From assembly GCA_964371045.1 (NCBI GenBank), contig CAYJMN010000004.1, positions 59,794 through 123,793 on the forward strand: 64,000 nucleotides of DNA, read 5' to 3'. Both the position numbers and the translations under genes were made by a program. Below the pieces are notes generated by a model that was given only the letters and a program-made list of their open reading frames with translations, did no database searches and was not told where the DNA came from. Of this stretch, positions 46,329 to 55,201 are shown one piece after another. This DNA comes from an uncultured Chromatiales bacterium. Its GTDB lineage: Bacteria; Bacteroidota; Ignavibacteria; SZUA-365. How positions within the stretch are numbered: position 1 is the stretch's first letter; every line of letters begins with the position of its first letter.

Positions 46329-47090
46329 TCATCGGGTCAGATCGTAGCGTCCGTTGGGGGAGACTGCTGCGATCGGAATCAGGCCGGTCTCGCCGAATCG
46401 CTTCAGAATTGCCCGCATGTCTTCGAGATGTTCGCGCAGCAGCAGCCAGGATGAATCGCCGGTGTCGTCGAACTGCTCTTCGGAATAAAAAGTCATCTGC
46501 TGATATTGCGCTTCATCGTCATAGGGAAGGATGAGTACGGGAATGCGCCTGAGGGACGAGGGCCGCGTCGCGACCAGCAGATAGAGCTTCTCGATGACGT
46601 CGTCGGTCATCGCGATGCAGCCGATGGAAACGCATTTGCCGTGGATGAAAATATCCCCACCTTGATTCCAGCTCCGGCGCGTCAACCGCGTATGCCGCGC
46701 GTGCCGTTTGTCGTCGATGGCGTTGGGGTAATTGATTTTCATCGAAAGATGATAGCTGCTGGCAGGATTCAGATACACGACGCTGTAGATGCCGTCCGGT
46801 GTGATGCCGTCGCCCTGCTTCGCCTTGAAGCCCGGGGCGGGGTCCATGTTGCATACCGGAAACGACGCGACGGTATCGGTACGCTCACCCTGCCGTACGA
46901 CGTGGAACATGCCCGTGTGCTTGACGACCACGAAACCGATCCCGGCGCCGCGCCAGTTCGAGTCGCCGAAGGCTTTGGTCCAGTACGCTCTGTGCGCCGC
47001 GTCAAGGCGCTGCAGCAGCGTCTGGCCGTGCGCCGCCGTCGAAACGGCCAGCAGCATGAAGACGAGCAGAATACGGGGGATGGTGTTCAT
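46329..47090 (-). CDS. L,D-transpeptidase (YkuD fold) family protein, ~253 aa from MNTIPRILLVFMLLAVSTAAHGQ
   Basis: ...GGDIFIHGKCVSIGCIAMTDDVIEKLY matches the catalytic HG...(S/T)xGC(I/V)(R/A) motif of L,D-transpeptidases. A signal peptide is present. Confidence 0.7.
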   Translation of the reverse strand: MNTIPRILLVFMLLAVSTAAHGQTLLQRLDAAHRAYWTKAFGDSNWRGAGIGFVVVKHTGMFHVVRQGERTDTVASFPVCNMDPAPGFKAKQGDGITPDGIYSVVYLNPASSYHLSMKINYPNAIDDKRHARHTRLTRRSWNQGGDIFIHGKCVSIGCIAMTDDVIEKLYLLVATRPSSLRRIPVLILPYDDEAQYQQMTFYSEEQFDDTGDSSWLLLREHLEDMRAILKRFGETGLIPIAAVSPNGRYDLTR

Positions 47091-47471
47091 CGGTTGGACT
47101 CCGTTTTTAGCTGTTTGTTTTTCGTGGCCGCAATAGGGATCAAATCGCCACAACTGAAATAATACGTGAACGACTCGTTGAAGTCAATATAAAAACCGCG
47201 GAATGGCAGACCATTCATATACACGGATTTCGGCGTCCCGGCGTGCGCGAGCGTCATGGTGGTGTGCCAGTGATCCACACGCTGAAAGCGATGGTTTTGA
47301 TTCACGATGTAGCGTTTGCTTGTCTCCGCAGTCTTGCACTCGGCAACGTTCGTCAAATAAAATCCGGATATGATTTATTTCAGCGCAATGCGAACATACC
47401 ACCATTCTTGTATATCCGATCGCGACACACGAAATTCGACTCAACGACATTTCACAAACACGGAGGATGCA

Positions 47472-47609
47472 ATGAAATCTGCATTCCTGAATCTCCGCGT
47501 GATGATCATGTTCGTGGCGATAATTTGTTTGTTCGTAACCACACTTGAGGAGCCCGAGTTACGATACGTCTGCGGGGTGTTCATTCTGATCGGGAGCGCC
47601 GGCATTTAG
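47472..47609 (+). CDS. Small hydrophobic peptide (45 aa) MKSAFLNLRVMIMFVAIICLFVTTLEEPELRYVCGVFILIGSAGI, paralogous to 54866-55060
   Basis: GGAGGA lies 7 nt upstream of the ATG. It shares the motif (E/Q)PELRYxCxxxxLIGSxG and a preceding TM segment with the peptide at 54866. Confidence 0.45.
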   Translation: MKSAFLNLRVMIMFVAIICLFVTTLEEPELRYVCGVFILIGSAGI

Positions 47610-48062
47610 AAAGCCCGGAATGAGCACACCGGTCCGTACCATCCGTGAATGATCAGTACCGGGGGAAAGCTACAGAATCGATGCACCCGCGAAGAAGGCG
47701 ATGAAATCGATTGCGAACATACGCTGGTTTTTGAAATGAAGCCGATCCGTCACGGGTAAACGCCGTACTCCGTTTGACAGAAGGAGAAAATGCCCGCGAC
47801 AGTTGAGCAGTTTTTCTCCGGCATGGTGCGCTGAGGGAATTTGAAATAATAAGGATTTGATGCAACCAGAGCGATGACCGCCGTGGTCCGCGCAACGGAA
47901 TTCGGATACCAACTTGCCGCTGAGCGGACCGTTTGACACGAAATATTGGTGTGCGGACCTTGGTGCCTCATCACATGCGACAGCAGCGCCCGGACTTGCA
48001 TCCGGGCGCTGCGTGTTTCTCGGGATCGGTGGGCATCGACACCAGTCCTTTGAGTTGTACCG

Positions 48063-49145
48063 CTACCGTAACAGCAGCATCCGCTTTGTCAGAACGACTC
48101 CATCCGAGATCAGACGGTACTCATAAAAACCGGGAGCCAAATACGTGGCGTCGAGATGCAGTACATTCGATCCAGCCGCATAGTCGCCCTCGAACTCCCG
48201 GATTGTGCGGCCCAGCGCGTCGATGACGAGCAGGGTTGCGTGCATGGTTCTCGGGAGAACGAAACCGATGGTCGTGACCGGATTGAACGGGTTCGGATAA
48301 TTCTGTTCAAGCTCCAGGCCGGGCGGAAGCAGCGCCTCGTCGACGCCGACAACCATCGTCATGCGCACCGGGATGTCGAGGTACACTGGATAGTTCATTG
48401 TCGACACTCTTACGTTGCCATTGTACGTTCCGGCCGGGAGCAGACGCGTGTTGACGGCGACTGCGAAGGTCTGTTCGCCCTCGCCGGCCATCTGCTCGAA
48501 ATCGAGCCACTCGATGTCAGGTGACAGCGTCCATGGTGAGCGCACGTCGCCGACAGGACGAATGGTCAGGTTCGTCGATGGCAGCGGGTCGCGGTTGTTG
48601 ACGTTGAAGACCAGCTCGCTCGGTACGGCGATGAAACCCAGCGGCGACATGTCGACCGAGAGTTCCACGGTGAACTGACCGGCGGCGAACAGGGATACAA
48701 CCTCCGTCTCGCCGGTTTTATCCACATCATCGATCAGGACCCTCATGATGCGTCCAGGCAGCGGAGCGTACCACGAGAGCGTGACGTTCGATGCATTGAT
48801 GCCCGCCTGATAGGCGAGCGTGTATTTTACGGAAAAGGGTTGAGCACCTGCGTCAGGAGCACGATAATCCGCCAGCGAACCTGTACCGAGCTGAGAGGCG
48901 CCAGGCGTGCTGATGCAGCGTGCGTCGAAGATTTCGTTGGGCGGCTGCGGCGGGAGTTCGCCTTCGCCCATGTCCATATCGAGTCCGGATGTCGCGCCTT
49001 CGTATACACCGATGGCGAGCGTCTGCGTTCGGTTCTGGCCATTGGAGATGGTCAATTCGAGCTGCACGCCACGCCATCCTTGTCCTGCCGCCTGCACCGC
49101 GAGAATGAGCAGCAGCAATACGACGATGCTTATTGTGGTTTTCAT
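48063..49145 (-). CDS. Secreted T9SS cargo protein (~361 aa from MKTTISIVVLLLLILAVQAAGQ), function unknown
   Basis: Signal peptide. The C-terminus is LEQNYPNPFNPVTTIGFVLPRTMHATLLVIDALGRTIREF...GFYEYRLISDGVVLTKRMLLLR. The longer ORF (to 49463) would overlap the upstream gene. Confidence 0.8.
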   Translation of the reverse strand: MKTTISIVVLLLLILAVQAAGQGWRGVQLELTISNGQNRTQTLAIGVYEGATSGLDMDMGEGELPPQPPNEIFDARCISTPGASQLGTGSLADYRAPDAGAQPFSVKYTLAYQAGINASNVTLSWYAPLPGRIMRVLIDDVDKTGETEVVSLFAAGQFTVELSVDMSPLGFIAVPSELVFNVNNRDPLPSTNLTIRPVGDVRSPWTLSPDIEWLDFEQMAGEGEQTFAVAVNTRLLPAGTYNGNVRVSTMNYPVYLDIPVRMTMVVGVDEALLPPGLELEQNYPNPFNPVTTIGFVLPRTMHATLLVIDALGRTIREFEGDYAAGSNVLHLDATYLAPGFYEYRLISDGVVLTKRMLLLR

Positions 49146-49155
49146 GGCGGCCTCC

Positions 49156-52100
49156 TTACTTGACGATCGTGAGTGTGCGTGAAACGACACCAGCGGATGT
49201 TTCGAGCCTGCAGACGTACATACCGGCGGGCAGCATGGCGCCGTGCTCGTCGCGTCCGTCCCAGAGCGACAAACGCGATCCCGGCGGTTGGTGCGTGGAA
49301 ACCAGCGTGCGTATGCTTCGTCCAAGCATATCATACACCTGCAACCGCACTTCACCTGCTTCGGAGAGCGTATACGGGATCCAGGTTTCACCGCCCGCGA
49401 TGAACGGATTGGGATACGTCGGGCCAAGCGTGTTCGTGGTCGACGTCTGCTCGATGCGTACATCGAGAAGGAGTTCGATGCTTCCGGGAACGTTGACGGT
49501 CAGTTCCTCACCCGGTAGTCCGGTGAACGTCGCCATCAAACTACCATCGACGCTTCGCACATCAATGCTGATACGCCCTGATACGATGGGCAGCGAAAGA
49601 CGAACGGCGCCCTCGGCCTGCAAGCGGATCGTGTTCTCACCGTTGAAGATGAAAAGCGCGTTTTCGCTTGTCCTCGCATCGAACAGACCGGCCGGCGGCG
49701 GCGTGGGAAGAATCAGCGCCTCACGGCCTTCCGGAGATGGGGTTGTTCCGCTCACATACAGTGCGCGCACACCCTGGCCGTCGTGCGTGGCGATGAGCAA
49801 CGCGGCGACGTCAAGTGCTTCGACCACCTTGCTGTATTGCGCAACGCTTCCGCCAGTAAATGGTGTCGTTTGCATGTGAAGCTTCGTGCCTGGATCGACG
49901 CGCACCCAGTAACCCTTACCGGGATCCACGGTGGTTGGAATGATGTAGCCCTGATTGGGATCCCAACCGAATATCGCCTTCAGGCCTGCTGGAGGCGTTG
50001 ACTGAATGCCTGAAACGGCAAGTGATTTACTGAGCGCGCCGATCATGTTCCATCCGAAACCACAAGGCTCACCGATGCCGTTCAGCGTGTTCCAGTCGAA
50101 ACTGTAACGGTTCACACCGGTCAGTACGCTACCGAAACCTTCGCTCTTGAGCCAGTATCCGCGGCCAAAGTTCATGGCGCCCACGCCTTCATATCCGCCG
50201 GTGGTCGTGTTGAACTGGTAGAGTGTGACCATGGGATCGGCGAAAACCGTCGCCGCTTCCGGGTTCTTCATGTCAACCGGGAGGGAAATCATCTGCCAGC
50301 CGTCCGGGATCTTCCAGGCATAGCGCACGGGATCCTCGTTGCCGTCGGGCAGCGGAAGCGGAACGAGGATTTTCAGCGTGTCTTTTTCCTGGTCCGGGTC
50401 ATCGTTGTTGTTGATAATCTCGATTTCGCGCTCCCGCCCCGGCTTGTCAGGATCGAAGCAGAAATGCACGATGAGCAGCGAGTCGAGCTGTTCGAACGCT
50501 GTCAGCCTGGTAGGCGTGCCCCCGCCGCCGTGTGTCGGTTCCTCGAAGCGGAGATTGTACGGATTGGTATACGGACGCAAAGCCCCGGACTGACGATCGC
50601 GCAATTCCAGCTTCAGACGAACGCAGGGCCAATCCCGCGTATCCATATCCACCGGTGTTACGACGATGTCGTTCTGGTTGGCTGGTTCGGGACAGGTCTT
50701 CTCCTTGACATCGATGAGGAAGATGTATGACCCCTCATCGGTGAAAGTGTAGCTCGACTGTGTGCGCATATCGATGCTGCCCGACACCCCCTGGATGCGG
50801 AGACTGAAGCTCGCGTTGGGAGAGGCCGGCGGCGGAGGCCAGGTCATCTGCACGGGATTTGTCGTACCCGTCTGAACATAGCCCTGGTAGGTGTGTGTGC
50901 TTTTGATCGCGCGATGATCCGTGATGCTGCCTTGCGACCCTGTGATATTCCGCCATCTAATATCGATCGCCGTCGGCGGTGGAATTGGCGGCAGATCGAT
51001 CTGTCCAGCTTCGAGCCCGTCGCCCGCTCCTGGCTGCATGCCGTATTCCAGCGCCATCTGGGCGTGTGATGCATTGACGAATGCGAGATTGTGCATCCAG
51101 GCCTTCATCGGCTCGGGCACACAGGGTTTCGGCCGATAGTGTGCAATCAGTTTCTTGCTGCGCCACATGACGACGTTCAGCGGATTTGTGATCGTCGCAG
51201 TGTCGCCGCTCCAGCCGACGAAGATATAATCCGCGGGCGGATGGGCCTCGGCGATGAGTGTCGATCCGATCGCGGCGGTCTGACGGTAATCGAACGGTCC
51301 TGTCGGGCCTTCGGGGTAGATCACAACCAGCTCGGCCAGTGTGGGGTCGATGGGTCTGATGATCGGGTAGAGTCTGTATGCGCCGGGCAGCGTATTGGGA
51401 CCGAAAGGAATCTCGTTCGGATTCTCGGGCAGCTCGCCAAGATCGCCTCCGATTCCGTGGAACGTAAAGCCCGGAGGGGTCTGGTAGAACAATCTGAACG
51501 GCTGCAAAGCGGATCTGCTCAATCCGTGTTTAAACAGGTCCGGGTGTGGATGCGGAGTGAGAATGATTTCACCCGGGAAAGGCCTGATGAAAATCATGCG
51601 TACGTACTCCGGGTAGGGGATGATCACGGTTGGCGACGAGCTGATCCGCTCGACCTCGATATCGTATTCACCGAATCCGAAATGCCCTCCATAGCGATCA
51701 ACGAGGTCGTAGCTGATGGATTGAGAAATATCCGCTTCCACCTTGATCGTATACTCACCGTCAGTATGGAGGCTGAGTTTCCAGTCGCTTCCGACCCGCA
51801 CCGCGTTGATATGCGCTGTCGTCCCTGCCCGCAAGGCCCGGAATTTCGGTACGAAATTCGAACGCGGTTTTACACGCAAGGTGAGCCGCACAGTTTCGCC
51901 AAAAAAGCCGCTGGACATATTGATTGCCGTGAGCCGGTAATAATCGCCCTGCGGGATGAACCATGAAAACTCGCCGGCGATGCCGGTGATCACCAGTGCG
52001 CCATCAACGCGGTACGGTGTCATGCCGGGTCCGGACGATGGCAGCACGTGGGGATTGGTCGTGGTGTTGGGTTCACTCGGATCGAAGCAGTAGACGGTGT

Positions 52101-54201
52101 CCGGCGGCGTCGCCGGTCGCGTGGTGACCGAGGCAGCCTGCGACGGCGTGCCGCGATTCGTATTGAAATAGCCGACGATACGGAACTTGTACTCGTGGTT
52201 GGACTGAATCGGGTTCGCGCCCGTTCCGCTTGTTCCGGGCACTGCATACACGATGACGCCTGTCCATTGGTTGATACCGACGGGGAAGGGACCCAGTGGA
52301 ATGTGCCCGCTGCCCAACTCGCGCCAGTTACCGGCGGAAGCTTCATACTCGATCTTCGTCTGCGCATCGGACATGTTATAGCGGTTCTGCCAGTGCAGCG
52401 CGACTGCGGGCGCAGGACTTGCGCTCGTGCCTGCCGGCGCGAGATGCGCCCTCAGCGATGTGTTCAGTGTGAAAATATCCGGAGGCGAGCTGGTATAGGT
52501 CGCAGTGACGCGCGTAACGGGATTCGCCTCCGTGGATGAAAGCGCGGTGCTCGGGAGTTGGTTTGCGTACCAGTCGATGTTCGAAGTCGAACCGTCGAGC
52601 CGGCGGACCGCCCAGAAATCGAAGTAGTATGCTATCCCGCCGACCGTCCGGGACGCGGGAGCCACCACCTTATGACGATAGTAATAGCACATCGGGATGG
52701 CGGTCGGTGTGGTACGCGTCACGTTGGCCCTGTCATCTTCATTTTTGAATTCCAGCGGAATACCCGATGGGATACTGAGGAACAACCGTGAGGGTATGGC
52801 GTCCGCGGCGAGTTGCACGGCTGTGAACACCGGTGTCGCCAGACTTGTGCCCCCGGTATAATTCGATTTCATGATGCCGTCCCAACCATGCATGGTGTAG
52901 CCGGGCTGTTTGTATGCAGGACGGTCGGCCTGGCAATTTACGTTCTCGATGCCGCGGTAGCTGAAACCGCAATTGTCGTTTTTGTACTCGTCAGGACAAC
53001 CCCAGAGATGCCCGACCTCATGTGCGACAACGCTGCGCATTGGCAGGTCGAAGGGCGTCGATCCGGCATAACGCGTATCCATAGTGAAATACACGCCTTC
53101 CTTGTCCGCGCCGCTGTTCCACCACACGCTGCAGGCATGCGGCCATATCGCAGCGTCGCCGGATGGTTTGTAAGCGATGAAGCCGGTGATCGATTCATCG
53201 GCGCCGGTCAGTGCGCGGATCTTGTTGTTGTACCACCAGCAGTATTTCAGCCCATCGTCCGCCCACGACCAGCTTGGCGGACTATCGAAGGCGCTCGGGG
53301 TGTAGAATCGCCTGACGATCTCGCGGATGAACACATTCTCACCTACGACCGTCGGTTCTCCGGTTACCTTGGCATAGTCGCCGTAAGGTGTGTACAGCCG
53401 CCAGTTCATGGTGACTACCTTTCCGTATGCCGCTGCGAAGGTCACCCAGAAGTTGATACCCGCGACATAGTAATTCCGATAATCGTTGTACACGGCGTTG
53501 ATCCAATCGTACGATCCGGTACCGGTTTTGCTTTCCATGAAAAAGCTCGTATGCGCGATGAGTCCCCGCAGTGCGGATCTGCGCAGTATCTGCGGATCTC
53601 CCCCGCCCAGGGTCGGTATTCCCCTGGCGATTTCGCGAGGCGACGGCTCATCGACAGTGTAGGCGCGGACGCAGTCCAGTTCGGGCATCGCCTTCATGCG
53701 CGCCCATTGCTCGTCTCCCGCCTGTTGGATACGTTCTTTCTCCTGCTCCGTCATAGGGCGTTTGACAAAATCGAGATACTCCAGTATCGCTTTGTCGGCC
53801 TCGGTTTCCGACGCGAGGATGGAATTGGCGCCGAGCTGAGTCCTGAATTCCGCGCTGCTGTAAGCGACCGAGAACACCTCGATGCTGCCGACCGCTGTGG
53901 CCAGGCGGATCTGTGTGACGGCGTCTTTCGCTTCAGGTGGAACCCACGCCAGCATTCGTTGCGGCGATGTAATGATGGACACGAGTGCGCCCTTCCGTGT
54001 GAGTTCATCACGGAGGAGCAGCGCTTCGTCAATAGTGGTGGAATTGGATTGGATGACGGCCAGGTGCTGATTGTGCGCTTCAAGGCCGAACTCTGCGGCG
54101 TCGGGTGGTACGTATCCTGGCTGCGCAACCTGCGAAAAGACGCAGGTGGAACAGAGCATGGAGATCAGTACCACGCCGAACATGCATTTCCAGTGATTCA
54201 T
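49156..54201 (-). CDS. Very large secreted zinc metalloprotease-like protein (1681 aa) with an M6/immune-inhibitor-A-type HExxH...PDEY motif and a T9SS CTD
   Basis: Signal peptide MNHWKCMFGVVLISMLCSTCVFSQ. The catalytic motif is VVAHEVGHLWGCPDEY, matching the M6 pattern HExGHxxGLPDEY. The C-terminus is LGPTYPNPFIAGGETWIPYTL...GMYVCRLETSAGVVSRTLTIVK. Confidence 0.85.
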   Translation of the reverse strand: MNHWKCMFGVVLISMLCSTCVFSQVAQPGYVPPDAAEFGLEAHNQHLAVIQSNSTTIDEALLLRDELTRKGALVSIITSPQRMLAWVPPEAKDAVTQIRLATAVGSIEVFSVAYSSAEFRTQLGANSILASETEADKAILEYLDFVKRPMTEQEKERIQQAGDEQWARMKAMPELDCVRAYTVDEPSPREIARGIPTLGGGDPQILRRSALRGLIAHTSFFMESKTGTGSYDWINAVYNDYRNYYVAGINFWVTFAAAYGKVVTMNWRLYTPYGDYAKVTGEPTVVGENVFIREIVRRFYTPSAFDSPPSWSWADDGLKYCWWYNNKIRALTGADESITGFIAYKPSGDAAIWPHACSVWWNSGADKEGVYFTMDTRYAGSTPFDLPMRSVVAHEVGHLWGCPDEYKNDNCGFSYRGIENVNCQADRPAYKQPGYTMHGWDGIMKSNYTGGTSLATPVFTAVQLAADAIPSRLFLSIPSGIPLEFKNEDDRANVTRTTPTAIPMCYYYRHKVVAPASRTVGGIAYYFDFWAVRRLDGSTSNIDWYANQLPSTALSSTEANPVTRVTATYTSSPPDIFTLNTSLRAHLAPAGTSASPAPAVALHWQNRYNMSDAQTKIEYEASAGNWRELGSGHIPLGPFPVGINQWTGVIVYAVPGTSGTGANPIQSNHEYKFRIVGYFNTNRGTPSQAASVTTRPATPPDTVYCFDPSEPNTTTNPHVLPSSGPGMTPYRVDGALVITGIAGEFSWFIPQGDYYRLTAINMSSGFFGETVRLTLRVKPRSNFVPKFRALRAGTTAHINAVRVGSDWKLSLHTDGEYTIKVEADISQSISYDLVDRYGGHFGFGEYDIEVERISSSPTVIIPYPEYVRMIFIRPFPGEIILTPHPHPDLFKHGLSRSALQPFRLFYQTPPGFTFHGIGGDLGELPENPNEIPFGPNTLPGAYRLYPIIRPIDPTLAELVVIYPEGPTGPFDYRQTAAIGSTLIAEAHPPADYIFVGWSGDTATITNPLNVVMWRSKKLIAHYRPKPCVPEPMKAWMHNLAFVNASHAQMALEYGMQPGAGDGLEAGQIDLPPIPPPTAIDIRWRNITGSQGSITDHRAIKSTHTYQGYVQTGTTNPVQMTWPPPPASPNASFSLRIQGVSGSIDMRTQSSYTFTDEGSYIFLIDVKEKTCPEPANQNDIVVTPVDMDTRDWPCVRLKLELRDRQSGALRPYTNPYNLRFEEPTHGGGGTPTRLTAFEQLDSLLIVHFCFDPDKPGREREIEIINNNDDPDQEKDTLKILVPLPLPDGNEDPVRYAWKIPDGWQMISLPVDMKNPEAATVFADPMVTLYQFNTTTGGYEGVGAMNFGRGYWLKSEGFGSVLTGVNRYSFDWNTLNGIGEPCGFGWNMIGALSKSLAVSGIQSTPPAGLKAIFGWDPNQGYIIPTTVDPGKGYWVRVDPGTKLHMQTTPFTGGSVAQYSKVVEALDVAALLIATHDGQGVRALYVSGTTPSPEGREALILPTPPPAGLFDARTSENALFIFNGENTIRLQAEGAVRLSLPIVSGRISIDVRSVDGSLMATFTGLPGEELTVNVPGSIELLLDVRIEQTSTTNTLGPTYPNPFIAGGETWIPYTLSEAGEVRLQVYDMLGRSIRTLVSTHQPPGSRLSLWDGRDEHGAMLPAGMYVCRLETSAGVVSRTLTIVK

Positions 54202-54359
54202 GGAGTCTCCTCTCAGCTGGTGAACTGGATCGATGTCGAAGCGGGTTGAAACTCGTCATGCGCCGAACGTGCTCGGCGGCATAGATGGGGTAATGCGCAA
54301 CGTCAATGAGTGACAGTGCGCGGACATCATTGCGCCTTTTATAAAAAGGACTATTTTGT

Positions 54360-54560
54360 ATGATTACAACTTACGTAATTTCGCCGTTGCTGTCAAGAGG
54401 TGCACCGGGGCCTGTTCGTCTGCCCGGCCAAAAAGCACAGGGACACGGGCTAAGGTTTGCTTCGGTTGATAGAATTAGCAAAAGACACGGGGGAGAAGTG
54501 TGGGCCGAGAGTACATTGGACGGTGGCGCGACATGGTATTTCACTTTAGCGCAGCCCTGA
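54360..54560 (+). pseudogene. Histidine kinase C-terminal (HATPase_c G2-box region) remnant
   Basis: ...GAPGPVRLPGQKAQGHGLRFASVDRISKRHGGEVWAESTLDGGATWYFTLAQP* matches the conserved HK terminus GxGLGLxIVKxIVExHGGxIWVESxxGxGSTFxFTLP. No upstream HK sequence is present, only AT-rich filler. Confidence 0.55.
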
Positions 54561-54635
54561 TTATGACATCTTTGTGGATGGGGGCTGATCCAGAGGCCAA
54601 AAAACATCGTCACCTCGCCGCAGCGAGTCTTCGAC

Positions 54636-54684
54636 CTGAGTGTGCCTACCAGTCAGCCTGAGGCTGACTGGTTGGCACACTCAG
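54636..54684. repeat. Near-perfect 22-bp-stem hairpin CTGAGTGTGCCTACCAGTCAGCC-TGAG-GCTGACTGGTTGGCACACTCAG, flanked by TTATGACATC (54555) and GATGTCATTAA (54732) termini. A MITE-like element
   Basis: The inverted repeat was read directly, with one mismatch. The CTGAGTGTGCC(C/T)ACCAG core recurs at 9855, 7130 and 17640, and the TTATGACATC termini recur at 6250, 6850, 10530, 17650 and 57990. Confidence 0.7.
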
Positions 54685-54865
54685 CATGGCGGGGTTGACT
54701 GACGTCAGGACAACTCAAATCGTGCATGATGTCATTAACAGACACTGCCGTGCTTGCGCTGTGCAAATATGAAACGTATTAACGTAGCGGCGCCGCTGTT
54801 GTTGTTTTTCAGCGCGCCATGCAGCAAATTTGAAGCATTGAAAAATCGCAATCCTGGAGGAGGCA

Positions 54866-55060
54866 ATGAAGATGTCATTTCCGACTATTCGCACGGGTAT
54901 CGTCGCGGCGGCAGTCATCTATATGTTCGTCATCGCATTACTCCAGCCGGAGTTGCGCTATCCCTGCATGCTCGCAGTTCTGATCGGAAGCACCGGACTA
55001 TGGAGGTCGTATACGCGAGCGGGGAGCCAGAAGGAGCGGCGGGTTAGCGCAGAACGCTGA
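54866..55060 (+). CDS. Small hydrophobic peptide (64 aa) MKMSFPTIRTGIVAAAVIYMFVIALLQPELRYPCMLAVLIGSTGLWRSY..., paralogue of 47472-47609
   Basis: GGAGGAGG lies 5 nt upstream of the ATG. It shares the (E/Q)PELRYxC...LIGSxG motif. Confidence 0.5.
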   Translation: MKMSFPTIRTGIVAAAVIYMFVIALLQPELRYPCMLAVLIGSTGLWRSYTRAGSQKERRVSAER

Positions 55061-55201
55061 AACACGCGGCCTGCCGTCAACGACTCGAGTGGAATTGTCG
55101 CTGTATTCGCTGACTACGGAGAGCCACCGGCTGAACAGACGAATACCGCCTCTGAAATACGATTACTACACAATATACGCACCTTACGAAGAGATAGCTC
55201 A

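Noticed and set aside
47370-47609. The longer 79-aa version of the small-peptide ORF, starting MIYFSAMRTYHH...
   Set aside because: The N-terminal extension has no ribosome-binding site and no similarity to the paralogue. The internal ATG at 47472 has a GGAGGA Shine-Dalgarno and aligns with the start of the 54866 paralogue.
48063-49463. The 466-aa version of the T9SS cargo ORF extending to 49463
   Set aside because: The extension is Arg-rich and signal-less, and overlaps the 3' end of the metalloprotease gene. The internal start at 49145 gives a canonical signal peptide (MKTTISIVVLLLLILAVQAAGQ) and a 10-bp gap to the upstream gene.
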